Origin: a virus
Direction: 5' to 3' (one strand)
Length of the DNA: 64,000 bases
Virus record (IMG/VR): IMGVR_UViG_3300025000_000061
Coordinates: 1-64,000 of that record
This document shows, piece by piece, positions 45,810 through 57,484 of this stretch. The translations under genes were made by a program, and so were the position numbers. The first letter of the stretch is position 1; every line of letters begins with the position of its first letter. The notes beneath the pieces were generated by a model. That model was not told where the DNA came from, ran no database searches, and saw only the letters and a list, made by a program, of their open reading frames with translations.

Positions 45810-47183
45810 ATGCTTAGTATAAAAAATGCTATGTTAATAGGAGAGTTAAAACCACTAATATTAAAGTATGGCAACAATTCAAAAATCTATAACATTATAC
45901 AAGAGGAATTTATTAAAAAAGGGTTATCTGGTAGCAATGCAAAAAACTTACTAACAGGTAAAATTGCTTTAGAAACATTAGATATTACCAATCAAAAAGA
46001 ATTATTCTTATTATTTTCTTTTACAGATGCTATGAAGAAAGCACTAAGTACATTTGATGAAATGTCCAAGGACACTTTTGGCATGGAAGAGGAATATATT
46101 AAATTAAAATTAGAATATTATTTTACACCCATAGAGATTGAAGAATTTACAGAATTCGTTATAGAGAAAGAAGAAGTAAGAAAATATCCGTATAGATTAA
46201 GAAATATGTTAAAAGTAGGAGAAAATCATTATATAGGGATTATAACTTCTAAAGAATTAGCCGAAATAGATTCTACTAATGATATAGTATATGACTTTGC
46301 AACACAAAGAGATCCTAAAATTGATATATTTGGAATGAGACGTATTAATGTTGACACAAGAAAAATTGATGCAATTGAAAAAAGTTTACTTGCTGGTGAA
46401 TATTTTTCAGATGAAATCAAGTTGAATGTTAAGAATGATGGAGAAGATCATATCGAATTCGATTCAAAGGACGGAATTTATGGTGATCTTATTATTCATT
46501 CAGGAACAATAACTTGTTTTGATGGCTATCACAGAAAAACTGCCAATTCTAAAGCGCAAAATAAAAATAATGAATTGCAATTTAACTGGAAGTTAGGTGT
46601 CACCAATTATCCAGAACCTAAAGCAAGAAAATTTATGACACAGATTAATAAACAAAAACCTATTAAACGTGAATACGTTAAAAATATTGATGAAACAAAA
46701 AATGAAAATACAATTGTCAATAATATTATTAATAATTCTAATTCTGAATTTGCCGATAAAATTAAAGAATCTGATGCAGAATTAAAATTTAGTGGTTTAA
46801 CTAAAAAATCTATATTATCTCTAGCAATAGAAGAACAATATGAAGAATTTTTAAACACTAAAATTTATAATATTGAAATCTCTAATTGGATAGTAGACTT
46901 TACAAATTATTTAATGGGACTATATCCTAATGAATTTTTATTTAATGTAGACAAAACTAAAAAAGTAAGTTATATTAATAATAGAAATATGTTCATAGGT
47001 TATATTGCACTTTCAAGAAAGTTATATAAGCAAGATGATTGGAAGAGTAAGACCGTTAAAATAATGAACAGTATTGATTTTAGCATTGAAAATAGCATAT
47101 GGAAGAATATTCGTATTGATGATAATATTTTAAATAAAACATCAAGAAAAGAATTATATAATCTATTTATAAAGGAGGTGTAA
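45810..47183 (+). CDS. DGxHR (DndB/ParB-like) domain protein, SPbeta YopQ-like
   Basis: Y...TQR, I.LN, FDGYHR, F.QINKQKP motifs; 457 aa; precedes an integrase-like gene. Confidence 0.7.
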   Translation: MLSIKNAMLIGELKPLILKYGNNSKIYNIIQEEFIKKGLSGSNAKNLLTGKIALETLDITNQKELFLLFSFTDAMKKALSTFDEMSKDTFGMEEEYIKLKLEYYFTPIEIEEFTEFVIEKEEVRKYPYRLRNMLKVGENHYIGIITSKELAEIDSTNDIVYDFATQRDPKIDIFGMRRINVDTRKIDAIEKSLLAGEYFSDEIKLNVKNDGEDHIEFDSKDGIYGDLIIHSGTITCFDGYHRKTANSKAQNKNNELQFNWKLGVTNYPEPKARKFMTQINKQKPIKREYVKNIDETKNENTIVNNIINNSNSEFADKIKESDAELKFSGLTKKSILSLAIEEQYEEFLNTKIYNIEISNWIVDFTNYLMGLYPNEFLFNVDKTKKVSYINNRNMFIGYIALSRKLYKQDDWKSKTVKIMNSIDFSIENSIWKNIRIDDNILNKTSRKELYNLFIKEV

Positions 47184-47186
47184 ATA

Positions 47187-48251
47187 ATGGTAAAGCATAA
47201 AAATGGTAAGATTAACTTAGCAGAGAGAGTATTTAAACATGATAGAGATGTTAAAGAAGAATTTTTAAAAGATATTAAACCATCAACTGCAAAAACTATA
47301 AGAAGCATACTTTTTAAAGTAGATGATTATGAAGATCGAATCGGTAAAAGTATATATGATTTTACCTTTGAAGAGCGTGATGATTTCTTTATTTCTCAGT
47401 TTTGTAATAAAAGTAAGGGCGTTATTAATACAACAAGATCATATTTAGTAAAGTATATTAACCATTGTATTGATAACAACCTTGTTAGACATATGGAGAA
47501 TAGGTTTGATTTAATTTCTAAAGATGATATTGATAAATATATTAATGATACTGCAATGCAAATGAAATATCTATCTAGAGAAGAAATTAAAGAAGCACAG
47601 GATAAATTAGTTAATAATTGTGATAAGTTAATTTTGCAATTAATACCTTTGTCTGTCAGAGGGCGTACAGAATTGAATAATACTAATGAAGAATTAATTA
47701 ATTTGAGAGTAAAAGATGCTGAAGAATCTTATGAAACAGGTATTTTGCATGTCTGGAATAATGACGGTGATAGAAGACCTGTGAAAATTGATGAAGAAAC
47801 AATAGAATTATTGAAAAAGACAATAAATGATGATAGTTATATTATTAATAACGGAAGCATTTATGATAAAAAAGGGAGAATACTTGGCAGGGGTATCGGA
47901 GAAAAATGTTTTCCTTTAAATGATACTGGTTATGTATTTAGAACTGCTGGTAAGAATAAAAAAGGAAAAGTTAAAACTAATTTTTTTGGTTCTAGGATGA
48001 GAATAATGAAAACCTGGACGATGAATCCATTTATCACCGTAACGAATTTGTATTATTCTGGAATTATCGATTATGCTATGCAATTAAGAAAAGAAAAAGG
48101 TACAGAATTAGATAATCATGATTATATTAAAATAATTGATAAGTTTTCTTATGGTAAACCACAAATACTATCAAACAAAGAATTAGATTGGAGTGTACCA
48201 ATATCAAAAGTAAAATCTATGGTGGAAGATTATATTAATAGAAAATTATAA
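47187..48251 (+). CDS. tyrosine-recombinase-fold protein without catalytic HxxR, MrpR/YopR-like lytic-cycle repressor
   Basis: KEEFL..., E....K.IYDF, YLSREE, DKLIL..VRG..EELINLRV.D; TNLYYSG in place of HxLRHS. Confidence 0.75.
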   Translation: MVKHKNGKINLAERVFKHDRDVKEEFLKDIKPSTAKTIRSILFKVDDYEDRIGKSIYDFTFEERDDFFISQFCNKSKGVINTTRSYLVKYINHCIDNNLVRHMENRFDLISKDDIDKYINDTAMQMKYLSREEIKEAQDKLVNNCDKLILQLIPLSVRGRTELNNTNEELINLRVKDAEESYETGILHVWNNDGDRRPVKIDEETIELLKKTINDDSYIINNGSIYDKKGRILGRGIGEKCFPLNDTGYVFRTAGKNKKGKVKTNFFGSRMRIMKTWTMNPFITVTNLYYSGIIDYAMQLRKEKGTELDNHDYIKIIDKFSYGKPQILSNKELDWSVPISKVKSMVEDYINRKL

Positions 48252-48263
48252 AGAGGTGATAAA

Positions 48264-49145
48264 ATGGCAAAAGACGTTAATTTATCTGATTACACTGATA
48301 TAGAAGTTTATAATATGCTTAGATTTGGTATTATAGGTAGATTTCCTAATAATTTTTGGGGTGGTTTAGATACCTTTAAAACTGCAAAAGATTTAACCAA
48401 GTATATGTTTGAAAATATTCTCAAATGGGATATAGAAGATATTAAAAATAATACAACAGCAGATATTTTTTATGACTATAGACTTGGTGGTATGCTGAAA
48501 CAATTATTTAATGGTAATGTTTTAGATGCATTATTAAATGCATATCCAGAATTAGAAGAAGAATGGGTAGAATCTAAAAGAAGGACTAAAAACGAAAAAG
48601 AAGAAGATAAAAGAGAAAAAGAAGAAAAAGAAACAAGAGAAAAATATACAGATGAACAATTGATAGAAAATTTACAGCAAAAATTTAAACAATTAAATAG
48701 AAATCCTTATATAAGAGAAATGTCAGATCCAGATGGAAATGTATATTTAACAAGATTTGGTAGTTGGACTAAGGCATTAATTGCAGCAGAATTGCTTGAT
48801 GATATTTGTGCAGATGTAGATGATTCCGAAGAAGCAATTTATGAAGCACAAATTAAGATTAAAGAATTTGCATATCAATTAGGAAGATACCCTACAGAGG
48901 AAGAAGTTAATGATTTATTTTCACAAGGAGAAATAAAAGTTTATTTTAAATCTTTAGTTGGACTTTATAATTATTTAAATGAAGGGTATACAAAAGAAGA
49001 ATTGATAAATATTTTGGTTGATAAAAGAAATAAATTAGATAGAAATCCAATAAACAAAGATATAAAATTCCCAAGACCAATTATTTTTATTGATAAATTT
49101 GAAAGTTGGGAAAATGCTTTAAAAGAAGCGGGATTAGATAAATAA
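48264..49145 (+). CDS. DUF4046-like protein with homing-endonuclease-associated repeats
   Basis: RFPNNFW..KYMFENILKW..LGGML..AYP; two copies of YT.E.LI..L...P..F.SW..AL..A. Confidence 0.7.
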   Translation: MAKDVNLSDYTDIEVYNMLRFGIIGRFPNNFWGGLDTFKTAKDLTKYMFENILKWDIEDIKNNTTADIFYDYRLGGMLKQLFNGNVLDALLNAYPELEEEWVESKRRTKNEKEEDKREKEEKETREKYTDEQLIENLQQKFKQLNRNPYIREMSDPDGNVYLTRFGSWTKALIAAELLDDICADVDDSEEAIYEAQIKIKEFAYQLGRYPTEEEVNDLFSQGEIKVYFKSLVGLYNYLNEGYTKEELINILVDKRNKLDRNPINKDIKFPRPIIFIDKFESWENALKEAGLDK

Positions 49146-49163
49146 CTAAATCCTGCTTCTTTT
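49121..49163. terminator. bidirectional terminator
   Basis: AAAAGAAGCGGGATT...AATCCTGCTTCTTTT. Confidence 0.7.
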
Positions 49164-49172
49164 ATTTTTAAT

Positions 49173-49415
49173 TTACATATTCTCTTTCCTAATCCATTCT
49201 TCAGCTACCAATCTACACTCTTCAAAACTATTAAATTTAATATTCTCATCCAAAGACATATATACAATAATTCCATTATAATCTATATGAAAATGATAAT
49301 AATTCATATCAGGTATATAATAAATATATACTTTGCATCCTTTTGCTCATCTTGTTTTGCTTGTCCATGTCGGATAAACATTACGTTTTAATATCCTTTT
49401 AAATTTCATTTTCAT
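49173..49415 (-). pseudogene. 80-codon minus-strand ORF with in-frame TGA (49347-49349)
   Basis: SD GGTGGTG; MKMKFKRILKRNVYPTWTSKTR*AKGCKVYIYY... Confidence 0.55.
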
Positions 49416-49642
49416 ATCACCACCTATATATTAATACGTTATTATTTGTAGAAATATGTCGATTATTCTTAATATTATATATTATTTAAAGAATAAATCT
49501 AATGTAATATATGACATTTTATAGGTATAAGTAGTGTATTAAAAATTTGCTAAAAATTCATAAATAGTTGTTGTAATTATTTTAGTATTATGTTAATATG
49601 TATCTAAGGAAAATTTAATTATCGAAAGGGGCGAAATAAATT

Positions 49643-49792
49643 ATGAGTAACACACATAATAAACCAGAGATATTAGTTCCTCCATACGGTGTTTGCTTGA
49701 ATCCACCTAGACTATCTAATCTAAATTGTAAAGATTGTAAGTATTTTGAAGGATGTACAAATGCAAAAAAAGGTAATTATAAGAGTAAATAA
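49643..49792 (+). CDS. small Cys-containing peptide (49 aa)
   Basis: SD AAAGGGG; MSNTHNKPEILVPPYGVCLNPPRLSNLNCKDCKYFEGCTN... Confidence 0.55.
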   Translation: MSNTHNKPEILVPPYGVCLNPPRLSNLNCKDCKYFEGCTNAKKGNYKSK

Positions 49793-50138
49793 AAGTAAAT
49801 TGAATGTTTTCAGAAAATATAGTACAATATATATTAACATTATCTTATAAAGGATGTTGCATATGACTAAAAATAATGATAATTTTAAAACGTATATCAT
49901 TTGTTCAGGTGACAACCTTGGTAATATAGAGACACTCGATTACAGATGCCCGAAGAAAGGGATTCATAAGGGAGATTGTAGATTGAATGGAAAACAATGT
50001 GAGTATTTTTTAGGGATTAAGAATGATAGACTGAATTTTGATATAATGAATATTAAAGGGTATTGTGAGTATATTTTGAATATGAAGTGATAATTCAATT
50101 CAACATAAACATAAACATAAGGAGTGTGATATAGTAAT

Positions 50139-50897
50139 ATGAATATTGGTGGTAGAGCAATGGCAAATGGTATAATATTACAATCCAATAAAGCAATTGT
50201 AAAGGCTGTGAGAAATAAAAATAATAAAATTGATATTTTTGTTAAAGAATTAAAGAAAGAAAAATTACAAACAAAGAATAAATATAAAAATATTATCAAA
50301 AAGATACCATTGGTTAGAGGTATATATAGTTTTGCATTTACAAATGGAACGTCTTTTGTAAGATTAATAATTGTACTAACAATAATTATAGATTTTTTAG
50401 GGTTTATTAAAACAGATACACAAAATACTGCAATATCTAATATGTATTTATTTTTACTATCAGTATTAAGTCTAATTTCAATAGTATTTTATATTTATAG
50501 TTTTATCAACTTAAAAAATTTTCTTCAGTATCATGGAGCAGAACATAAAACTGTCAATGCATATGAAAATAATATATCATTAGATATTGGTGAAGTGAAA
50601 AAATGTAGTAGAATTAATTACAGATGTGGTACAATATATGCAATATTTTTGCTATTATGTGTGTTAATTTTAAGTAAATTTATAAATTTTACAAGTCTAA
50701 TATTTTTATTGTCTGTAAGTATTGCTGAAGAATTATATTCTAATGATAAATTATATAAATATGGTTTTAAATATTTATATGTGTTAGGTGGATATATTCA
50801 GAAATATTTAACAACATTAGAACCAAATGAAAAACAACTTGAAGTTGGTATTGTTTGTATGAAAAAACTTATAGAAATTGAAAATAAGATTGAATAA
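50139..50897 (+). CDS. DUF1385-family membrane protein
   Basis: IGGRAMANGI, IPLVRG, QYHGAEHKTVNAYE, RCGT, Q..TT.EP. Confidence 0.9.
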   Translation: MNIGGRAMANGIILQSNKAIVKAVRNKNNKIDIFVKELKKEKLQTKNKYKNIIKKIPLVRGIYSFAFTNGTSFVRLIIVLTIIIDFLGFIKTDTQNTAISNMYLFLLSVLSLISIVFYIYSFINLKNFLQYHGAEHKTVNAYENNISLDIGEVKKCSRINYRCGTIYAIFLLLCVLILSKFINFTSLIFLLSVSIAEELYSNDKLYKYGFKYLYVLGGYIQKYLTTLEPNEKQLEVGIVCMKKLIEIENKIE

Positions 50898-52190
50898 ACT
50901 CTTTATTTTGTTATAACTAAAATTTTGAGGTGATTTCATGGAATTTACAAAAGAAGGGTTTGTTGTAGAAACGGAAAGAGGTTGGTATTTAGCAGAAGAA
51001 GGAATAGGCAGATATATTGAAATATCTGATATATTTAGAGCAAATGTTTATGATGATTTAGATTCTGCAATTTATTATTTAAAAAGATTAAAAATATGAG
51101 AAAGAAGATTATCTTGATGCAAGAATTATTAAAGTAAATTGTGTAATTAAAGGAGAAATATTTTAAATGATACAACAAATAATAAGAACACCTCAACAAA
51201 GCAAAAATTGGTATAAATATGTTAATGAATCGCAATTTAGAATAAAATTATTTAATAGAAGTAAATATTGCGAAGAAGGATTCCCTAGATATATTTATTC
51301 AGATCATGGAATGATAAAATTTATTGTTATATTACGTAATGGAGATATTATTGAAGATGTGATATTAGATGTTAGTAGACAGTATATGTCCGAAGGTAGT
51401 CAATGGATAGATAAATATGGTAGAATATATAATGAATATGAAGTGCTTGCTTGGAAAGAAATAATAAACTGAAATATGGAATAATAAAAATGGAGGTAAA
51501 ACACTATGAATTCAAAAGAAGCAATAGAAAATTATATGACCAATGGCAAGAATACACAAACGAAACTTTCCCTGATAATGAATCATTAGACACATATTTT
51601 ACTATACAAGAAAAGAAATGTATATTTTTATCATCTGCTATCGTAGGTATTACAACTTATGATGATGAATTAAGTAAAGAATATGGTAAAATGATTCTTG
51701 ATACATTAATTCAAATTAAAAATAGAACAATTTTTGAGTATATTAAAGATAAAGAAAATTATAAGAATTTTATCTTTTCTTGTAATTTTATTAAAGATTG
51801 GTTAGAATGGGGAATAAGTATTAGGGGTGCATGGTTTAATACTGGTGATGGGAAAATAGTACCAGATGAAGCATTAAGTAATGTTGGTTATGAAGAGGAT
51901 AGTATTAGGATTACTGATGAATTTATGGAATGGTTTATTGATAAGTGAGAAGAATAAGGAAAGGAGATAAATATGACAAAACTAAAAGATATTTATTTAA
52001 AAGAAGATGAATGTTTAGTTGTTTGGTTAAAATCATCTGATGGAACATATGAACCAATAGAGATAAGTGTTGATAAGAATAATAATAAAGAAGTTAAATA
52101 TGGTATTGGTATTTCAGGAAGATGTATTTTAGGTATGAGTAGTAAAAGTAAGAGTATAATATAAAATAATATTTGAAAGGGGAATAAAAT

Positions 52191-52271
52191 ATGTTTTTAT
52201 ATTTAGATGATATTAGAAATCCAAAACTTAATAGTCTTTATATTGTCAGAAACTATGAAGATTTTAAATAA
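52191..52271 (+). pseudogene. truncated remnant of a receiver-like (LDDIR) phage protein
   Basis: MFLYLDDIRNP...VRNYEDF then stop. Confidence 0.45.
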
Positions 52272-52846
52272 AGGAGAATAAAATATGAAAAAAGTAATAA
52301 TAAAATCATGTACTAGATGTCCATATTCTGATTTTAGTATACCTGATGAAGATGAGATGGGAAGTTATATTTGTTATAAAGTAAAAAGAGAACAGTATGA
52401 TTATGAATCTGATTATGATAACAAAGAAGGTAAATTTATTATCACTTTAAAAGGTATTAGTGATCTTGAATATTCTAAAATGCTAGATAGTTATATTCCT
52501 GATTGGTGTCCATTAGAAGATAATTAAAAATTATAAAAAGGAGATAATTTAATTATGAATGTAAGAGAATTAAAGAAATTATTAGAAAATATGAAGATGA
52601 CGTAGAAATTATTACATCATCAAGTAATTATGAGTTAAGTGGTGGTAGAGTTAAAGCAAGAATTATAGAAACAAAATGTTCTATAATAAGAGAAAGATTT
52701 AGAGATGATTTTGATGGAACAATGTATAGTAAAGAAATTTATAAAAGTGATCAAAATGGTAAAACAATGTTATTGGTAGTAGGGTAAAGGAAATAAATGC
52801 CCAAAAAATGTGAATTTTAACAATCTATGAAAAATAGACATGCCAC

Positions 52847-52905
52847 AAACCATTGATATTACTGGGTTTGTAAAACTCAATATCATGACAAAATACTCGT
52901 TTTGT
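52847..52905 (+). repeat. Composite site: 23-bp palindrome plus core
   Basis: AAACCATT-GATATTA-CTGGGTTT 52847-52869; ATATCATG-ACAAA-ATACTCGT-TTTGT (core 52888-52905). Confidence 0.85.
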
Positions 52906-53143
52906 GTTAAATGGAAAGAGGTGAAAATATGACTTGTAAATATTGTGATAAACCTCATATATTTGAATCCGAATATACAGGTGACAAAGTATGTCTTGAA
53001 CATTTGTGCAATATATGTTATTGTAATGATTGCCATAGAAGATTAACTGATTGTCCATGCGGAGGTTGTAATCGTTGTAATGATGATCCACTTGAAATTC
53101 AAGATGGTTGTAGTTGGAGATAATTAATAAGGAGTAAAATATA

Positions 53144-53536
53144 ATGGAATGGAATAAACAAGAAAAATGCAATTCATGTGGTATAAAATATGAAAATGGT
53201 AAACTGATATTTAAAGAATGTTTTCAATATGGATTTTCTGGTGGAACATTAAATACAAGTGGCAAAGGTATATCTATATGTGATTTTGGTTCACTAAGAT
53301 ATTGCAAATGGACAATAGAGAAAGGTAAAAATAATGATTATTGGATTGTTCAAGGAGACAAAGCAAATTTAATTTATCCAACAAAAGATAAATTGATTTA
53401 TATAAAAGATTTTAAAGAGTACGAAGAATATATTGAAATAGTTGATGTAAATAATAATAAGTATAGAATTTGTTGTTGTGATTGTATTTATGTTGAGTGG
53501 TTGCCGATAAGGTATTTGAAAATTAGTTTAAAATAA
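53144..53536 (+). CDS. hypothetical protein
   Basis: 130-aa ORF with SD. Confidence 0.7.
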   Translation: MEWNKQEKCNSCGIKYENGKLIFKECFQYGFSGGTLNTSGKGISICDFGSLRYCKWTIEKGKNNDYWIVQGDKANLIYPTKDKLIYIKDFKEYEEYIEIVDVNNNKYRICCCDCIYVEWLPIRYLKISLK

Positions 53537-53566
53537 GTTATATAAAATAGATAAGGAGAGAATGCT

Positions 53567-53971
53567 ATGAAAATTAAAATAAGAATAAAAGATTTGAATG
53601 GCAATACTGAATGGAATGAAATTTATGACATTGATAATAATATTAATCCTAATATATATGCTAATAATTTAATTAATAATTTTAATGCAACTCTAAGAAA
53701 CAATGAAACTCCTAGAGAATTAATCAATGTAGAAATAATTGATAATAATGAAATGAAACATGAACATGATTGGCAGAAACAAAATATTATTACTATTATA
53801 AAAGGTAATAATATTTATGATATTATGAAATGTTCAAGATGTGGGATAACTGCAAAAAGATATGATTTAAATAATATTGTTCGTGATGCTAAATATAAAG
53901 CAAAAATATATGATTATTGCGAGGATGCTTTAAAACAATTAGAAAAATTAGCAAATAAAAAACTTAAATAA
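53567..53971 (+). CDS. hypothetical phage protein
   Basis: 134-aa ORF; HDWQKQN..YD..KC.RCGIT. Confidence 0.75.
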   Translation: MKIKIRIKDLNGNTEWNEIYDIDNNINPNIYANNLINNFNATLRNNETPRELINVEIIDNNEMKHEHDWQKQNIITIIKGNNIYDIMKCSRCGITAKRYDLNNIVRDAKYKAKIYDYCEDALKQLEKLANKKLK

Positions 53972-54207
53972 AAGGAGAATAGATAATTATGAAATGTTTA
54001 AATTGTAATTGTGAATCAATGTTTAAAACAAAAATTGGTTTTACATTTGAAGGTGGGTATCCTGAAGGAATATTAATGGAAGAAGAAATAAAAATTAGGG
54101 AAAAGGGTTGGGTTTATACTAATTTAAATGCTTATAAATGTGACAATTGTGGATTTGTTATGTTATTTAGTGAGAAAGAATAGATATTATAAAAAATTGA
54201 AATTTTA

Positions 54208-54266
54208 AAAGTATTGATTTATAAGGGTTTGTAGCATGTAAAATTGCGACAAAACCATCATTTTAT
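54208..54266 (+). repeat. Composite site: 23-bp palindrome plus core
   Basis: AAAGTATT-GATTTAT-AAGGGTTT 54208-54230; ACAAA-ACCATCAT-TTTAT 54249-54266. Confidence 0.85.
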
Positions 54267-54700
54267 GAGGAAAGGAAAAAATTATGATAGATAAATTTTT
54301 ATTAACTGGTCAAGATAAATTAATATTTACTGAAATACCACAAAAACCGGATGAATTTACTAATAGTAATTTTGTAAAGATGATTATTCCTATTAAGTAT
54401 ATTGATTATGAAACTGGTGTATTTAAATTAAAAGAATTTATTGATAGTATTAATAATGAAGTAATTCAATTTGAATATAATCCTAAAAATTAAAAACAAA
54501 ATTTAAAAGGAGGTTTTATCATATGCCTAATAAATTATATGAAGAATTAAAAATATATGTATTTGTCAGAGATTATCTTAGACAATATAATGCAATGTGT
54601 ATAAACGGTATTAATGATTGTATTGAATGTGGTTTATGTTGGATGAATCCAAAAGAGATAACTGAAGTAGAAAAATGTTTATAAAAATTAAAATAAATGC

Positions 54701-54729
54701 TTGACATTAGAATAGAATACTAATATAAT
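54701..54729 (+). promoter_or_regulatory. sigmaA promoter containing AGAATACTAATATAA motif
   Basis: TTGACA-17-TATAAT; motif 54714-54728. Confidence 0.85.
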
Positions 54730-56388
54730 AATAACCACAAATAAAAATAAAAGGAGGACACCTACTATGACAGAAATTACACTAAACAGTGAAGTATACG
54801 TTAAGAAAGATGAGATTGAAATTGATTATGAAATGGCAGTTAATATTTTAAAAATCTAGAAGAACACAAATTTATTCAATTAGTTGATGAAATTGTATTA
54901 GAAATGCTTAAAGGAAAATATGATGATTTAGAAAGTTTAATGGAAGGACATTGTAATACAAATAGAACATTACTTAAAATTCACTATGCTACGCATGACT
55001 ATTAAAAATAAATAAAAAGAAAGGATGTGTACTCTATTGGCTTTTGATTATCTTAAAATGACTATGCAAGGATTAAGCAATATTCTTTATAATACTACTC
55101 AAAGTAATTCAGTACATAACTCTAAAGATGAGATTCTTAATAGTATTAAAAGAATGATTTTAGATTACAATAATAAAGTAGATAACAAAAATAAAGTTAA
55201 TTGTGTTGATTTTAGGAAAGGAATAAATTAATATAATGAAAGTTTTTAGAGTATATAGAAAAGATATTAATGAATTGCCTGGATGGTGGAATGAAGTAGG
55301 GTATAGAGAAGTAATTTGTGTTGCAGAAAATGCTAATCAGGCAAAAGGAATTGCTCTAGCAAAACACAGAAGTTTAATGGATGATATAGCTAAAAGGGAT
55401 ATTTTAGTTGAAGAAATAACATTAGAAATAGGAATGATATTGGGAGCAGATTAAATAATAAATATAATATATTAGGAGGAATAATAATATGTGGTATCGT
55501 ATGAGTGGTAATGGAAATATAATTTGTAAAGAATGTAATATGGTGTTTAGTATAATGATTCAACATGATTATTTTTGTCCAAGATGTCAGAATGGTATGG
55601 AAGAAGTAAAAGAAGTTATAAGAAAAGCAGAAAATAAAAATAAATAAAAATAACTAGGAGATAAATTTTATGAATGATTATCATGTAATAACATTTATTA
55701 CTGGAATTGTTGTTGGTGCATCTTTAATGATATATAAACTAAATAAAATAGAAAAGGCTTATTGGACTTGGAAAAATGGTTATGAGCAATTAGAATGTAA
55801 ACTTAAACATTATGAAGAAGTTTTTAGATTAATGGGTAAAGAGGTTGAATAAATTATTGATAATGAAAGGAATTAATATTATTATGGAAAATAAAGAAGA
55901 AATAATATTTGATGTAACAATTATGCATAAAGGTGATGTAATCAGTTATTTTACACACGATAACGGAAGATACTTTATTGAACAAGGTGAAGTCAGAAGC
56001 GAAAATCCATATAAAGATGGTGTAGAAGTTTATGGAGATGGTTGGAGACAGTATGTAGGTAAATGGTTTATTAATAAAGTAGTGCGAAATGGTGAAGTTA
56101 TATTTAAAAAATAATAATGAAATGAAATGAAATTTCATTTCATTTGATCATGATTAAGAAAGGAGAAATAAATTGCTAACTAAAAAGAGTTATATATTGT
56201 TAAAACCTATTGATATAATAGAAACTGTTAATAAATATCATTATAATGAAATTACTATTGAAGTTAATGTATTTTATTTATTTTGGTTTATACCTATTTA
56301 TAAAACACAAAAAACAACTCATATTAATAAATTTAAAAATTCATATGTAAAACCAAAAATAAGAAAGTTAAAATAAAAGGAGTTTCTA

Positions 56389-56982
56389 ATGGATACATCA
56401 AAAGAATACACATTAATGTGCAAAAAAGCAATAGAAATACAAGGTAAAATTAATGAAGATAAAAATAAAGATATTTTAGGTATTTTTCAAGAACGAGGAT
56501 TAAAAAGTGGTGATTATGTAGTAATTCAAAGATATAGTGCATTATCAGAATATGAAGAAAGATGGAAAGAAACAATAACTAATATTCATGTTGATTTTGT
56601 AGTAATTAATGAGGAAGATAGGGATAATTTTTATTTACAAGGAGTAGAAAACTATTCACAATGGCCTTTTGGAATAGTTAAAAGAAATGCAGTTTATTTT
56701 GAATTCCCTTGTTGGGATGTTGATGAAGACGATTTATGCTATACGTCTGGTGAATATGTTTATTGGCTTCCTAGACAAGATCAAATTCATTCAATGTTTT
56801 TAAATGGACTTACCGAATATAATAAATTAAGAAAACTTATAGAATGGTTAGATTCTAAAGCAGAATATAATCCATATACATATTCATTAGAAATGCTATG
56901 GTTAATGTTTTATATGTATGAAAAACATAATAAAAAGTGGAATCCTATTAATAATATAAAGGAATGGGAATATTTGAATTAA
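56389..56982 (+). CDS. hypothetical phage protein (MDTSKEY..MC...WLPRQDQ)
   Basis: 197-aa ORF with SD. Confidence 0.75.
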   Translation: MDTSKEYTLMCKKAIEIQGKINEDKNKDILGIFQERGLKSGDYVVIQRYSALSEYEERWKETITNIHVDFVVINEEDRDNFYLQGVENYSQWPFGIVKRNAVYFEFPCWDVDEDDLCYTSGEYVYWLPRQDQIHSMFLNGLTEYNKLRKLIEWLDSKAEYNPYTYSLEMLWLMFYMYEKHNKKWNPINNIKEWEYLN

Positions 56983-57484
56983 AGGAGAAATCATGAATAA
57001 GGAATTATTATATAAAGCAGAAGGTGTTAAAGAATGTGTTAAATGGTTGATTAAAGAAATAAAATTAGAACAAGAACAACAAAACAGAGCATTATTTTGG
57101 TATGATGATACTACAGATTATAATGAAAGAATAAATACTATGATAAGAATTAAAATTGGATTAGAAAAGTATGCCAAAAAATTAAAACATCAATCAAAAG
57201 AAAATTAATACTCTATTATCTAAGGAAGCGAGGTGAAATATAATATTATATACAAACTATAAAGATAATAAATTTATTAAACATTATAAGGAACGTAGAA
57301 TAGGGATGACCACTAGAATTATTGTTTCAGACATAGCACAAGAATACAATACATATAAAAGACAGAAAAGAAATAAATTGCATAATATTAATGTCGATGA
57401 AGCAACGGAGAGAATTTGTAATATAATTGGTATTTAATTTAAAGAAACAAATAAATAAATAATATAATAAAGGGGTTTATAATT

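Noticed and set aside
45810-47183. Dnd phosphorothioation system
   Set aside because: Only a DGxHR-domain protein is present; no dndACDE genes.
47187-48251. Active phage integrase
   Set aside because: The catalytic HxxR motif is replaced by TNLYYSG; a repressor fits better.
5440-49415. Genome-wide TGA-to-Trp recoding suggested by two in-frame TGAs
   Set aside because: Many genes end in TGA followed properly by the next SD or overlapping start (e.g. 16761, 21916, 36375), and TGG is used throughout.
56117-56155. Additional core site within an ATGAA tandem repeat
   Set aside because: It has the CATGATT arm, but the spacing does not fit the 8-bp rule; weaker variants at 7005, 16766, 18958, 27965 and 63493 were also left out.
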